64,000 nt of DNA from Bigelowiella natans CCMP2755 (lineage: Eukaryota > Protista > Cercozoa), in the NCBI GenBank assembly GCA_000320545.1, contig ADNK01002094.1, forward strand, positions 58,878 to 122,877, written 5' to 3'. Of this stretch, positions 27,414 through 41,430 are shown in pieces; position 1 is the stretch's first letter, and the number at the start of each line of letters is the position of its first letter. Position numbers and translations under genes: made by a program. The notes under the pieces were generated by a model, which searched no databases, was not told the origin of the DNA, and saw only the letters and a list, made by a program, of their open reading frames with translations.

Positions 27414-29720
27414 TGTTTGTGTGTGTGTGTGTGTGTGTGTACATTGACCGTGCAGCGTGTGGCCAACCTGCCCGACCACCCGTCCACAAATGATGCACCA
27501 ACTCCGTCAAACCTGTAACGAATCGTGAGAGTGAGCATTTCGAAGCTTTTGCGCGCGACCAAGCGCGCAGCACGAACAATGTCTCCTGGACTTTCTGGCA
27601 CAACACCTACTGTTAGCGTTTCTCGCAACCACATTGCGCTAGAATGGATGCCACGCACACACGCGCTGCGAATGTTAGCCGCAGCACTGGTTTTCGATCC
27701 AATGCGTCAAATTGATCACAACTCCGACAAATGTGCAAAACTGCGTGGTGATGTGACATGCGAGCCAATGTTTAGTAGCAATGTGCCTAAATGACTAACA
27801 ATCACACTGCGACATGGCCTAGCTAGCTAGCTAGCTAGCGCTTGTCGTCCTGTCATTGGTGGCTGCAAGCAGTGGCCGCTGCATTGCACATGCAGCTACA
27901 TGCATGAGGATGACCATGGCATGTTCAACGCAATTTGCAATCAATTGATCAACAACATCCGTCTTGCATGTGCGTCCAGACTTTGAGCTAGCTAGCTAGC
28001 TAGTTAGCTAGAGACGTGCTGCAGATGCCATTAGCACATGGTTGCATTCAATGCATGACGATGATGATGCAAGGCAGAATGAAACCTGGATGGCTCAGCT
28101 TCCACATCTGTGTGCAGTTTCATTGCGCAGCACTTGCAACACAATCGTGACAATGTGGGCCATTGCAGATTCATGTCCACAAAACTGATGCCCTGTCAAA
28201 GAAATGACATTTGCCGAGCATGCACGAGCAAACAAGCGAAGGAAAAGGCTCACACCGCTTGCATGCTTGCGGGTCGTTCCACATCGAGGCCAAACCCGGT
28301 CACAAATGGGTTTCGCATGTTTGCAGAGCGCTTCAAGGGCATTTTTTGCGTGCAATCCGTCCGCAACCGTCGAAAACACTTTCTGAGTCGGCGGAATGTC
28401 GAAAAAATGAAAAAATTCAAAATCTCAGCTCAAAAACCTCGATTTTTTGACCCCTCACAACGTGCATTGCGGAGAAAATTCTCATGATTTTGGTCAGAGA
28501 TGCAGCCGACGCACGTGTGCAATGCGAGCAAGTGAGGACATGTCCGTTTGCAATGGAACTAGCTTTGCAGACAGCCGGAAGCGCAATGCTCAAATGTCAA
28601 AATTGATCGAGATGTGACGCGTTGAAATTTTGAAATTGGGGCATCACTGCTACATCTAGACATGCATGCAACCACAGGATGCACATGACGTGTCATGAGT
28701 GCAGAGGGGTTTTGACGCATTGGAGACACTGCGCAGCTGGTTTTCGGTCAAAGAAATTGGTCGTGTGCAAACGCGCGCGCAGAATTTTGGTTCAAAACGC
28801 CGAGGTGTGGTGCGCACAAGCGGCGCGTGGTGCGGGGCAGCGCGATCGAGCAGAAGTCGCACCTCGGGGGGGCCAGGGGGGGGGGGGGAATGCGAATGAA
28901 AAAAATTCAACCGTGCCAAAAGTTTCCAAAGGACCCCTGCTTGACATCTAAATCGAGTTTGCGCGAAAAAAATGGGTCAATTTTTTTTTTTTTCAATTTT
29001 CGCAAAGTTGTGACCGGTTTGCTAGTTTGGCCTCGATGTGTCAGAGCATGGCAAACTAGCCATTTGCGCGCCAACACACATCGGCCATGCGCTGGGCACA
29101 CAGCATCCCAGCTAGCCAGCAACATCCCACTGCGCAGTCACAGTCTAGCAGTGGCACAAAATTCGGGAAAAATGCCCGACATTTTCCCCTGACAATTGCG
29201 ACAATCTAGCACTACTAGCTTGAAGCTAGACTGCATAGCCCGACTGCATGTCGCGGAACGATCACCGAGGCAATCTAGCAATGCTCCTGGACCAGTGGAA
29301 GTTGCAACTAAGCGTTGCAACCTCGCATGCTCTAGATGCTAGCATGCCCCCTGCTAGCCTGCCATCATCATGTCATTGAGCATGCAAGTTGCATGCAAGC
29401 CTCCATGTCTAGATGTGACTTACCAAACTGTAGACAAGTGTAGTAGATGTGACCTAACCCTAAGCAACCATGCTAGCATGCCTGCATGAAAACACGAGAA
29501 ACAATCTAGCAATGAAGCACAACATGCACACCCATGAGCGCGCATGCTAGCATGCGCATGCGCGTTCGCACCTGCATGTGCTCATAGTGGTCGCACACAA
29601 ACTGACTAGCTGACCACGCATCGCTTCTGCGCTGCCTCACGAATTGACGCGCATGCGATGCCAAAGAGTTACGCGTCACAATTATCAACAAAAGCTATAG
29701 CTGGGCGCCCGTGCTATAGC
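27290..29720. repeat. Island 3: TpA-depleted transposon debris between convergent genes
   Basis: Contains MITE B, (CTAG)5 at 27819, and at least 12 NNNN-CTAG-NNNN motifs. Confidence 0.85.
28280..29040. mobile_element. MITE family B (CAC...GTG ends, 2-bp TSD tc; CMC/EnSpm-like, non-autonomous)
   Basis: TIRs cacatcgaggccaaacccggtcacaa / ttgtgaccggtttg[ctagtttg]gcctcgatgtg. tc flanks both ends. The second copy is inverted at 41431-42623. Confidence 0.9.
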
Positions 29721-29976
29721 TGCTGCAGCATCCGCAACAATAGACCTTCATGTTTGCGTGAGAATGCTGGGATCAAGATCAGATATGAGCAAAAACACTG
29801 TATATAATGATGCTATGGCATCAACGAAATAGTCTTATTCATCATGCCAAAGTCAATTATTGCTTTACAGCAGGAAATCATATCCACTTTCACAGTTTTG
29901 GCCGGTGCACGAACCACGTAATGTTGCTAATCTTCGAAGTTTGATATATACATATGATACCGAGAAGTAATCTCGA

Positions 29977-32900
29977 TTATTTTTTCACACGAGTAGCAGG
30001 TTCATCAATGCTAGATCCATAACCAGGTTGCAGACCGCCCGGAGAAGTTTCGGACTTTCTGCTTACATCGGCAGCTTTTTCATCAATTTCAACCAAAAGA
30101 TCTCCTCCTTGTACCTGGTCACCACTCTTAACCATAATTCTCTTTACCAGGCCTGTACATGGAGCTGTCACAACCTGCATTTAAATATATGTACATATAA
30201 ATATGTGCGCGCGCGTGTGTATGTGTGTGTGTACATCAGGACAACGACGATCATGATGTTAAAATAAATAGAACTAACACCATACTACTATCTAACTTTA
30301 CTGCTCTACTTCACACGTAGTACGTACAGTTTCCATCTTCATCGCACTCAGAACTACAAGGTTTGTATCTTTTGCAACGCTTGTCCCCTCTTTAACTTTG
30401 ACAGAGAGTACTTGTCCTGGCATTGGTGCTCCGACCGATCCCAGCTCTGCTTTATCTGCCTTCTCACGTGCCATACTGCCATCTGTAGATGATTTGTCCC
30501 TAACGGTGATGCTAATCGGTGTTCCATTCACATCAAAGAAAACGTGCTTGTTCCCTGCATCATCTACATCAGTCATAGCAACCAGCTTGATCACGAATTC
30601 TTTGCCTTTCCTTATCGAAACTGTTAGCTCCTCTCCAAGCTTCATTGGTGAGAAATATGCGTAGCTTGGAATCTTCTCCACTCGTCCAAATTCTTCTTGA
30701 AAAGCCATGTACTCCTTGAACACTGCAGGGTAGAGAGCTGAAGAAAGAACATCCTTAAATGTGATACTATTCCCGTATTTGTATTCAAGTTTTTTCCTTT
30801 CTTGATCAAAATCGTAAGCATCAAGATCTGCACCGGGTCTTCCTTGTACAGGAAGGAATGCATTGGATGTGCCTGTTTTCAATACTTTAGAACGCAAAGG
30901 TTCAGGAAATCCACCTACAGGATGACCAAGGTATCCTTGAAAGAATTCGATAACAGATGAAGGAAAAGAGAGAGTTTCTGCTTGTGCAAGAAGGTCTTCT
31001 TCTGTTTCAATGCCGTTCTGAACCATAAAGAGGGCTAAATCGCCAACAACTTTCGAGGAAGGAGTCACTTTTACGATATCTCCCAACATCATGTTCGCAT
31101 TTCGATATGCTTTCTTGATCGCTGGCCATTGATCTGCTTGTCCCATTGAAAATGCTTGAAAATGTAAGTTGGTATACTGACCTCCAGGAATTTGGTGTTG
31201 ATAGACATCTGCAGATCCAGATTTCATCGTGACAGTGCATTCAAACGGAGCATATTGAGGCCTTACTCCTTCCCAATACTCGCTTAAGGCTGTGATTCCT
31301 TCGTTATTCATCCCAGTTTCAATCCCTTCAGCAGCTAAAGCAGCATTCAAAGCTCCTAGAGAAGGCTGTGCCGTCATTCCAGACATTGAATCTATACTAG
31401 CATCTATTGCATCAGCTCCTGCTCGTACAGCCTCCAGCATAGCAGCAACACCATTACCAGAAGTATCATGACAATGCACGTGGATTGGAAGATCAGGGAA
31501 TTCCTTCCTTATTGCACCTACCAACATATTAGCTGCCTTTGGCTTCAATAACCCTGCCATATCTTTAATTCCAAGGACATGAGTGCCTCCCTTCACAAGT
31601 TCTTCAGTAAGACCAAGATAGTAATCGAGATTGTACTTGTTGGCATTTGGGTCAGAAACATCCCCAGTATAAGATATTGCAGCCTCAATAATGCCTCCAG
31701 CTTCTCCAACAGCATCCATTCCTAGTCTCAGATTGTCAATGTAGTTGAGCGAATCAAAAACCCGGAAAACATCCATTCCTGATCTGACAGCTTGATCACA
31801 GAACTTGAAGACAACATTGTCTGGATACGCTGTATATCCGACAGCATTAGCTCCTCTTAGAAGCATTTGAAATGGAATATGAGGCACTGCTTCTCTCATC
31901 TCCTCTAATCTATCCCAAGGACATTCACGCAAAAATCTAAGAGCAACATCGAAGGTGGCCCCTCCCCAGTTTTCAATGGAGAATGCATTCCTCATGATTG
32001 ATCCCGTAGCAGGAGCTATAGTCATGATGTCTTTGGTTCTTACTCTCGTAGCAAGGAGAGATTGATGAGCATCTCTCCAGGTAGTGTCGGTGAACAATAC
32101 ACCCTTATTCTCTCTTACAGCCTTGGCAAATGCTACAGCTCCTCCTCGTACATAAACATCCCTTAGACCTGTCAGTTTACTACTCTCTGGATGCTGCTGT
32201 TGGCTACTACTACTACTACTATTACTACTAGTACCACTTTTTGAATCAATTTCTGAAGTGGAGAGGAGGCGGGGAATAGGGGGGAGTGTCCTTGCAGGAA
32301 CTGCATCTGTTCCAATTGGGGTAAGAGGTCCATTAACCACTTGCTCACCGAGAAACTTCACTATTGACATAGCCATTGAAACTTGATTGTCGACATCGAA
32401 TAGATCAGGATTTTTCTCGATAAAACTTGTATTAACGGTGCCGTTTCTGAACTCCTCGTTTTCCAATACCTTCTTCACAAATTCAATATTGGTCTTGACA
32501 CCTCGTACACGTGATTCACTGAGAGCTCTATGCAGCTTGACACAAGCATCTTGATGATTTCGTCCCTTAGCTGTGATTTTTGCCAGGAGAGAGTCATAAT
32601 AAGGACTGATAACTAGACCCTGGTACCCACTCTGATCTATGCGTATTCCCATTCCCTCTCCAATAAGATAAAGTTCCAATCGCCCAGTGTCAGGAGCAAA
32701 GTTAAGGTTAGGATCTTCTGTTGTCATTCTACATTGAATTGCACAGCCAGACATTCCAACGACATCTTGAGATAATCCCAAATCAGGGAGAGAATAACCC
32801 TCTGCGACTCGTAGCTGTGTTTGTACAATATCAATACCTGTGATCTCTTCTGTTACTGTATGCTCAACTTGTAAACGAGCATTCATCTCAATAAAGTAGT

Positions 32901-34612
32901 GATTTCCATTCTCATCCACCAGGAACTCGCATGTTCCAGCATTTTGATAAGAAGAGGCTTTAGCGAGGGCAATAGCATCATTACAAATATTTTTTCTTTG
33001 CTGTTCAGTGATGAGAGGGGCAGGAGCTACTTCCACGATTTTCTGATGTCGCCTTTGCACAGAGCAATCTCGCTCAAAGAGATGAACGTGATTTCCATAT
33101 CTGCCAAGAAAATAGAAGAAGAAGAAGAAGAAGAAGAAGAAGAAGAAGACCAAATAAGTGTACACAGATTATATTTTTCCATCGTGTAGAAAATCTATAG
33201 TATTCAAAGACTATTAGAATACGTTTGTCGTACAAAAAGGAGACGATGAAATCATTCTATCTTTTGTTGTTTGTCCCTCTTCGTCTTCTTCTTCTTCTTC
33301 TTCTTCTTCTTCTTTTTCTCTTTCAACACACAGAAATGTTGGATAGAATACATACTTATCTCCGATGATTTGAACCTCAATATGTCTTGGGTTTTGCACG
33401 AATTTCTCAAGAAACATGCTGCCATCACCAAAAGCAGCTCTAGCTTCTGAGGATGCTGCAAGAAATCCCTCTGAAAGCTCATCTTTATTCTGACATAGAC
33501 GCATACCACGACCCCCTCCTCCAAAGGCAGCTTTAGCCATAATTGGATATCCAACTTCATCAGCAAATGCAAGAGCTTCCTCGACATTTCTTACTACACC
33601 ATCACTGCCAGGCACAACAGGAACATTAGCCTTAAATGCAAGGTCTCGAGCTGCTGTTTTGCTTCCCATTTGATCGACAACTTGGCTGTTTGGACCAACA
33701 AATATGATACCCGCTTGTTCGCATGCAGCAGCAAAGTCACCGCGTTCAGAGAGAAACCCTGATTATTACATAATGTTGCTTTTCTTATTTTGTAATTTTT
33801 TGCAAACCATAGAAAAGATGCTACTGCCTTGTGACTTTACTTTGTGTCTTCTACGCTATCTTATTTGGACGAAGGGAAAATTTTGTATTATAAATGATAA
33901 TGATAGTAAGTAATCCTGTTTGTTACTACCATATCCAGGGTGAATAGCATCAACTCCGTGAGCAAGAGCAATCTCAATCAGCTCATTTATGTTTAAATAA
34001 GCATCGACTGGGCCTATATAGTATAGTATTGGGATAATAAGGGATCATCAAATGTTAGCAAACAGGAAAATATATCTTCATTGTTGTTGAAATGATGATG
34101 ATAACAATATATTTTCTTCATGATAGAATGGATTGACGACGGTTACGATGACCATGATTATAGATTATGTGAAGTAATGATGCTGATAACCGTGAAAAAT
34201 AAAAAATAATAGCTTGCTAAGATACTATGTGAGGAATGATTCATGGCTAAAATCAACAATTTGATCATTTTGAGTTCAAGACATATTATGTTGATATCTG
34301 ACGACAAAGCAACCTAGATCTCCGTTGGCATTCAACTGAAAGGATTCGTTCGCTTTTCGAACATGAAGGTTTCTTCGATCTTCTTTAGGATATACAGCAA
34401 CCGTCTCCATCCCGAGCTCCCTGATAGACAGAAAGAGCTACAAGGTAAGCACTACGATGTCCGTATTCATGTTTGAGTACGACAATAACCATCATCACCT
34501 GGCAGCTCTGAAAATACGAATGGCAATCTCTCCACGATTAGCCGCCATAATCTTTTTGATAGGGCGAATTTCTCTTCCCGTTGACATCTGTCTTGCCACA
34601 AGTCCACCTAAA

Positions 34613-34659
<47 letters not shown>

Positions 34660-34808
34660 ACACGCACACCATCACCACAACGGTATCGAAATCTCCAAAC
34701 TCTCTATCTCTTTCCTGATCGTGTACCCGGTACGAAGGTGCGGGTAGCATGGAGACTAGAGTGAGGTAATCGATTATTTCGTCTCAAGAACCATCTCGAG
34801 CAGCTCAT
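29977..34808 (-). CDS. PC: Pyruvate carboxylase with a probable mitochondrial presequence; multi-exon
   Basis: [18 protein letters not shown]|[12 protein letters not shown] and [12 protein letters not shown] mark the biotin carboxylase domain. [29 protein letters not shown] and HVHCHDTSG mark the carboxyltransferase domain. SAMKME carries the biotinyl lysine. The N-terminus [14 protein letters not shown] is Arg/Ser-rich. Confidence 0.98.
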
Positions 34809-35673
34809 CTTTCGGTGTGTGCTAGCTGAGTGGTTAGGGGTAAGGGGGGGGATGTGATAAAATTCCTCTTCTGTGCCAGGTCACTCTTCTTTATTTTGTC
34901 ATAAAAACAGTCCTTTTCCCTTCTACGACATCAATATTATACTAATTTTTGACTCAGAAACCTTTCTCAACGCGGCAGAAAGAAGAGCCGTATGCCACTG
35001 TACAAGGTTCTAAAAGAGGGTATACACGTGGTGTCGCAGAAGTTGTGTCGTATTGACACAGATGGCGGGCTTTTTCAATGTGATTTCCAGGATTTCCTGA
35101 TTTCACCTATTACAAACCACAAACCAGGAACTAGCAATGATAAAAACAGCAAATACGGAAAGTTTAGTTTTGATAAAATTGATGGTTATGATTACTCCTT
35201 TTTCCAGGAGCATTGAATAGGCATATATCTTGAGATTCTCAAGAGAACTTTGTTTTTCTGGCTACCAACGAAGTACTTTCGCTTCGTATTTTACCATTAT
35301 TTTGCCTATTTCGTTAATTAAGGATTTTAATTGCCTGCGTTTTTGGAAAAACTTCTTCCTTTTAGTCGGCCGAAGATAGAATCTACTTGTATTGAATTTG
35401 AGGAGGTTTTATTAAAACGTCTAGAAAAATGAGGTAAAACGTTTACATAAACGGGCAGACGGCTGTCACTCGGAAGTTGATGATGGGGTGCCAGCGGTTG
35501 ATGACAACTACAACTTGCTACTGCTACGCACCAGTATGAATGACTGACGATGGTGATGATGGGACACTACAAGTCATACTTACTACTCCGACAATAATTC
35601 CACAACCACACGCTATTACACGTGGTCTGACTTTAAAAGCAGCAGCTAGCTGCTTACATAATAACTCATAAAC

Positions 35674-37347
35674 ATGACCGCTGCTGGAGTCAGCAGCTCT
35701 GCCATTCATACGACGACGACTACTGGCTCTCCCCCCCTCACATCAGTCGCACCCGGAGTTGTTCATGTCCCTTTAAATCAAACTGACTTAAGTGCTCCTC
35801 CTCCTCCTCCAAATTCCGTTGTTCAAAGGCGGCGGCGGAGGCAGCAGCAGCAGCAGATACCACGACCATCATCAGAGTCGTCAATGCAGGCATCACAACC
35901 ATCACTACGACAATCATCAGCATTGTTATCATCATCAACAACAACATCTTCGTCGTCATTATCTTCATCGGTATCGGCTGCTACTTCTACTACCACTACT
36001 ACATCTCTGCTCATGCGAGGGCGTTTCAGTTATTACGAAGTATGGATGTGGAGAGGCTGGTACTTGGTAGTTCTGCTATCAGTTCTTGTCAAGAGGTCCC
36101 TCATAAACCAGCAAATCGAAGTATTTTGGCAATATCTTCTTGATAGAGGGTAGTAAATACGCTTGAATCCCCGTCATGAGAGAATTAGAGTCATTGCTAC
36201 TACATGAATCTGCTAACGTGTGTGCATATCTAGTATATGATGATGCGTTGCAATATCTGTTTTGTAATCATATATGTAAGATTCACATATATCGTACATA
36301 TGATAATGCGTTTGCAATATTCGTGTTATCACATGCTAGTTTCACACACATACACACAGGACACACACACATACATACATAGACATGTAGTCAACGGATA
36401 TAAAGACAGACACACGAATACGTATATACCCTTTATGCCAAACAATAACAGTACATGTTATTTATTGATATTTGCTATCATCAGCTGTTGGTGCTACTAT
36501 ATAATATATGAATCAATTACACATAATAGCATCTTTATCATGTGTTACCTATTATACTAATCCACAATATAATAACTACCGGTAATAATAATACGCAACA
36601 ACCGCATTACACATCAGCACCAACAGCAGGAGGCTTGTTATTATCATCTTCAAAGTATTATTTGTACTTGTTGATGATCATCATCATGCACTGTACTACC
36701 GCTGCGTTTTTGTTGATGTGCATTCCACTTGTTTGCCTCCTCCTCCTCCTCCTCCTTGCTTTAGACTTGCCCAGTTGGATTCATTTGAGCCTATTGTGGC
36801 ATCTGCGTGTAATAATACAGATACAGAGAAAGAGAGGAGGGGGGGGGGGGGGGGGGGGGTGATAGTACACTGTACAGAAAGAGAGAAAGGTGATGGTACA
36901 GAAGAGAGATGTGTAAATAATACAGAAAGAGAGAAAGGTGATGGTATAGAAGAGAGATGATACATCAACAAATTAAAAAGAAGCATCCTATTCTTCTCAT
37001 TATTATCATTATTAATATTGTAATTGTTAATAGTTGAAGTTGATTGCCTCTTGTTATTGTTAGCATTCTACATGTGGATTGGTATGTTCAAAGTGGTGGA
37101 CTTGATGTTCCAACAACAATTTAGACGATTCAAAATTACGCCAGGTGAGTGCAGTAATAAACATTATCATTATCGTCATCATCATTATCGCTGTCTTGTT
37201 CTTAGAAAGGGGGGTACTATACTATGAAATGCTGTTTATTTATTACTATTCAATTTGTGTAGGAGGGGGAGATTGATACAACTACTATTCCTACTACTAC
37301 TACTGCTACTATATCATATTGTGTACGAAGACGATAATCCTACTACA

Positions 37348-37379
<32 letters not shown>

Positions 37380-38717
37380 AACTACAATCCTCACTGCTAC
37401 TACCACTATTTGGGTGTAATCATGCAAGTGAACACAACGTATGATCTACTTGATGCTTTAGATCATGACCCTGTCAAGGCAGAGGGTGGCGTTTTTCAGT
37501 TTTTCTCACCAATCGGTAAGAAAAAACAACAACAAGACAAAGAAGATGTAACAATATGGCCATCACCATCATCATCATCATCATCATCAATTATCTAATA
37601 TTCTACTTACATGCCCCATGCTGCAGGATCAAAGGATACGCCGGGATTCATGGCACTATTTGCGTATTTAGTCCCACTCTTTATATTTGATCTTCTCGTT
37701 CCAAGGTCATACTACTGCTGCTACTACTATTATAATGATGATGATGATGATGATTATTATTATTATATCGAGTTTCAGTGGAACTAATCTTCTTCATCCT
37801 CTCGATCGATGTTCCTTATTTTAATCGTTTGTTTGCATCCCTTATCTTTCTCTTTTTCCTCTTCATCGATCTCATCATGTCTTATTCTTCTTTCTTCTTC
37901 ACGTACGTGCTACTACTAACTAGGAGAACATCAAGAAGCTACTTTAACTTACCCCCTCCAACGATTTTCCAGTTGATGGTATCTTCCTCTAAACAACGAA
38001 TGATATTAATAGTTGCGAAGATGACAATAATAACCATCACGATTGTACTACTTAAGCAGGTGCAGCAACTTATTATTTTTGCAATGACAACTCCTCTGCT
38101 CATTCTTCCTGTGCTTTTTTGCCGTATCATCTTCTTCCTCCGCATCACCCCCACCCTCCTTATCATCTAAATTATATACCTTTGGTTATGAATATTACTT
38201 AGGGGAACATATCGATGTCTATTTTTGTGTATGACTTTCTGTTCTACTTTCCTCACCTCATCATGCACAGGTGGTAGATAGTGATATTATCATTGATTAT
38301 TATCATGGTGGTGTGCTGGTGGTGGTGGTGACGGGCATCAAGCTTGTGGATATGTTACTTCTGCTACGAGTAGTACCCAGTGTTATCAGCATCATCAATG
38401 GCCATCATCGTCGAGACCGTCTATGCCAATAATACGAATATTTTTCAACCAGAAATAGATATCTGTTTAAGCACGTCCATAGTAAGCATCACTCAAGAGA
38501 GAGGTGGGTTGTATTATTACCAAACGGCTATGCTTATCATCATTATCATTATCATTACCATCATCATCATCCTCACTTCTTCCGATGAGGAAAAGATTGT
38601 TAATTTGGTTTCCAATCAATGAGTTTTACGAGATCAATATTGATGATTCTCCTTTTCCTCCTCCTCCTCCTACCCGTCCTCTTAATATTGATGATCTTCC
38701 TCCTCCTCCTTCCCCGT

Positions 38718-38762
<45 letters not shown>

Positions 38763-40771
38763 TTGTTGTGATTCTACATCATCAGATTATGTTCTGTGGA
38801 GGTGGTGCGCCATAGTTTTATCGACGGCACATTGCAGGTATGCAAGAATGATATATATAATTATATGCAGTAGTGCTAAATACTAAGAGATCACATATGT
38901 GGTCAAGCAACACGAAGGTACTCATGATAGAAATCGTTGTGAGATCGATCTATTTTGATGATTTTTATGTATAAGACGAACTACTACTACTACTACACGC
39001 ATAATAGACTTAATCTCTATTTCAATGATAACCACCGTAACACTAACCAAGTAAATACCTACTTCTCCTCCTCCCCCCTTTCTGTCATGACTATCATTAT
39101 AAAGCCGACATCATAATCTCTCCCTTCTTGCTTCCCTTTTCCTTTATCGTCTTCTTCTTCTTCTTCTTCTTCTTCTTCTTCTTCTTCTTCCATTGTATGA
39201 AGGTTGTGGCCAATATCGTCACCCTGAATCTACTTGGGCTTGATGCATTCTCAAGGATGGTACAACTATTATCTACCCGATGATGTCTGAATATTTAGGG
39301 ATGATGATGATGAATGATGATTTCCAGTTGATTAAAAATTGTTAGCATAAAATAGCAATGGTACTACATGCTCGAAAAGCAGGGATGAGCGAGACACACA
39401 CACACACACCTACCTAATTATTTATGTTAGCGGTGAGAGCTGTAGTCGACATGATTTCCTCCTCAGGTGCATAACATTGTTGTGACCTTCTTGCTTACGG
39501 AAACTCACAGGTGGCAATATTATTAATGAAAACAACAACAATAACATATTATATAATTAGCATCAAATTTAGTATAATCATCATCATCATCATAATCATC
39601 ATCATCAACTTTATCAAGAAAACAAACTGCTGCTTGCTGCTGAAATGATGTAATATTAGTTGTTGTTGTTGTTGTTGTTGTTGTAGCTGCAGTAGCCATG
39701 GATTTTAGATTACTATTGGTTGTTGAAGGACATGATAAAACATCATCACCATCATATATGACAATGATGATGATATATGACAATGATGATGATGATGATG
39801 ATGATAATAATAATAATAATAGTAGCCATGGATTATTCAGATTACTATTGGTAATTGAAGGACATAATCAGACATTATCAATAATACTAGTAGTACATGT
39901 GGGATCTACTGCTGCTATTGCTGTTTGTTTCATTCAAGTTGTTTACTACATTATTCGTATTGATACCACTGCTGCTGCTGCTACTACTACTACTACTACT
40001 ACAACTACTGTATCATTAGTGGTTACGATTTTCCATGGGCTATTCATAATATCCTTCCAGGTAGAGAATTATCATCATCACCATCATCATCATCTTCTTC
40101 TTCATTATCATCTTAATTATCACCATCATATTTATCTTTTTTATCATCATCATATATGTGCTGCTATTATTCTCGATACCGACAAGTTGTCTCCTATCTT
40201 CTACTCCTAAATGACTGAATAAAGGGATTAAAATTAATACATTTACTATGTTTAGAGCACCACAGTAGTAGAGTGACATTCTATGTGATAATAGCAATCA
40301 TTGACGTCGTAGTAATTTATTGCTATAGAAATTATATGATAATGATAATAATGGCGATGATGATTATGATGATGATGATGATGGTACAATTATATTTGTG
40401 AAAAGAGGGGGTCATGGGAGGAGCTCCTGCTCACGAAGCTCATCATCGTTATGGTAATACAAAATGGACTGACTAGATAATATATCACAAAGCTGAGTAA
40501 TTAATTTTGACGTGTTTTCAATGATGCGAAGTCAATTTTTTTTCTTTGCCACCGTTTATCCATAAGCACAGCATCATCTAACGGAGTAATTTTGTACTAC
40601 GTTTATCCATAAGCACAGCATCATCTAACGGAGTAATTTTGTACTACATCAGGAAACCTGGCATATCACCAATTTTTCACATACATTGATAACTACTTCG
40701 GGTATTATTACTATCTTGCTGGATCATCTAATAGCAGTAGTTGGTTATCAGTAGAAACACCTAAAAAATGA
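35674..40771 (+). CDS. Fatty-acid hydroxylase/sterol desaturase superfamily protein (CH25H-like), split into many small exons; start uncertain
   Basis: His boxes were reconstructed from small exons: YDFLFYFPHLIMH (~38230), YLFKHVHSKHH (~38460), FIDGTLQ (~38820), FLLTETH|SGYDFPWAIHNILP (39490/40020), GVMGGAPAHEAHH (~40410) and AYHQFFTYIDNYFG (~40660). Confidence 0.82.
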
Positions 40772-41430
40772 CGATTACCATGCCGCAGTAGTAGCTACAG
40801 GTGTCTTCATAATTAGAGAACATTAACCATGATAGCTATAAATATCATCATACATGGAGAGCATCACCCGTCGCTGCACACATTCTAGCATTGTTCCAGC
40901 CGAGAAAGAACACAGCAGATGCCATGAACCACTCATTGATGAGCAATTTGAAGTATGATACCTGCTACATTGCATGACTTAGCAAGAATGTTCATCAAAA
41001 CTGTAGTGGCTCGACTTTAACACAGACTCATTCTCACCATGCTGCACGTTGTCTTCGCATTTGTCTGCGCACACATTGCAAATGATCGAATGTCGTACTT
41101 GTCATATCACAACGTTGTGCGACATCTGCTACACAATTAGCTACTTAGGCATGGCCACTGCTTCTAGACTCATCATGATTAGGCATTGCGTGCAGCCTCC
41201 GGCGCCGGCTAGACAAGCTAGCAAGCGCATTGTCATTGTGTGATGTGCCCGAGTTGCACGTGCCATGATGTCTAGATGTGTGAGAGGCTCCATGACTAGG
41301 GCTGTCCTAGTGTCTTCCGTTTCGCATGCTAGCAACTGCTAGACTGTGCTGCTGGTTGCGATGCTTGCATGCATGTCTAGATCGATGTGTGCGGCGTCTG
41401 CTGACAGATCACGACATGCTAGCATGACAA

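Noticed and set aside
28280-29040. Tc1/mariner assignment for MITE B with a mutated TA TSD
   Set aside because: Both copies have their own 2-bp duplications (tc, aa) outside CAC...GTG, which fits CMC-type ends better.
29018-29613. CTAG motifs as Helitron 3' ends or CTAG target sites
   Set aside because: Helitrons make no TSD, and here the variable flank is duplicated rather than the CTAG. The empty alleles in MITE B lack CTAG altogether.
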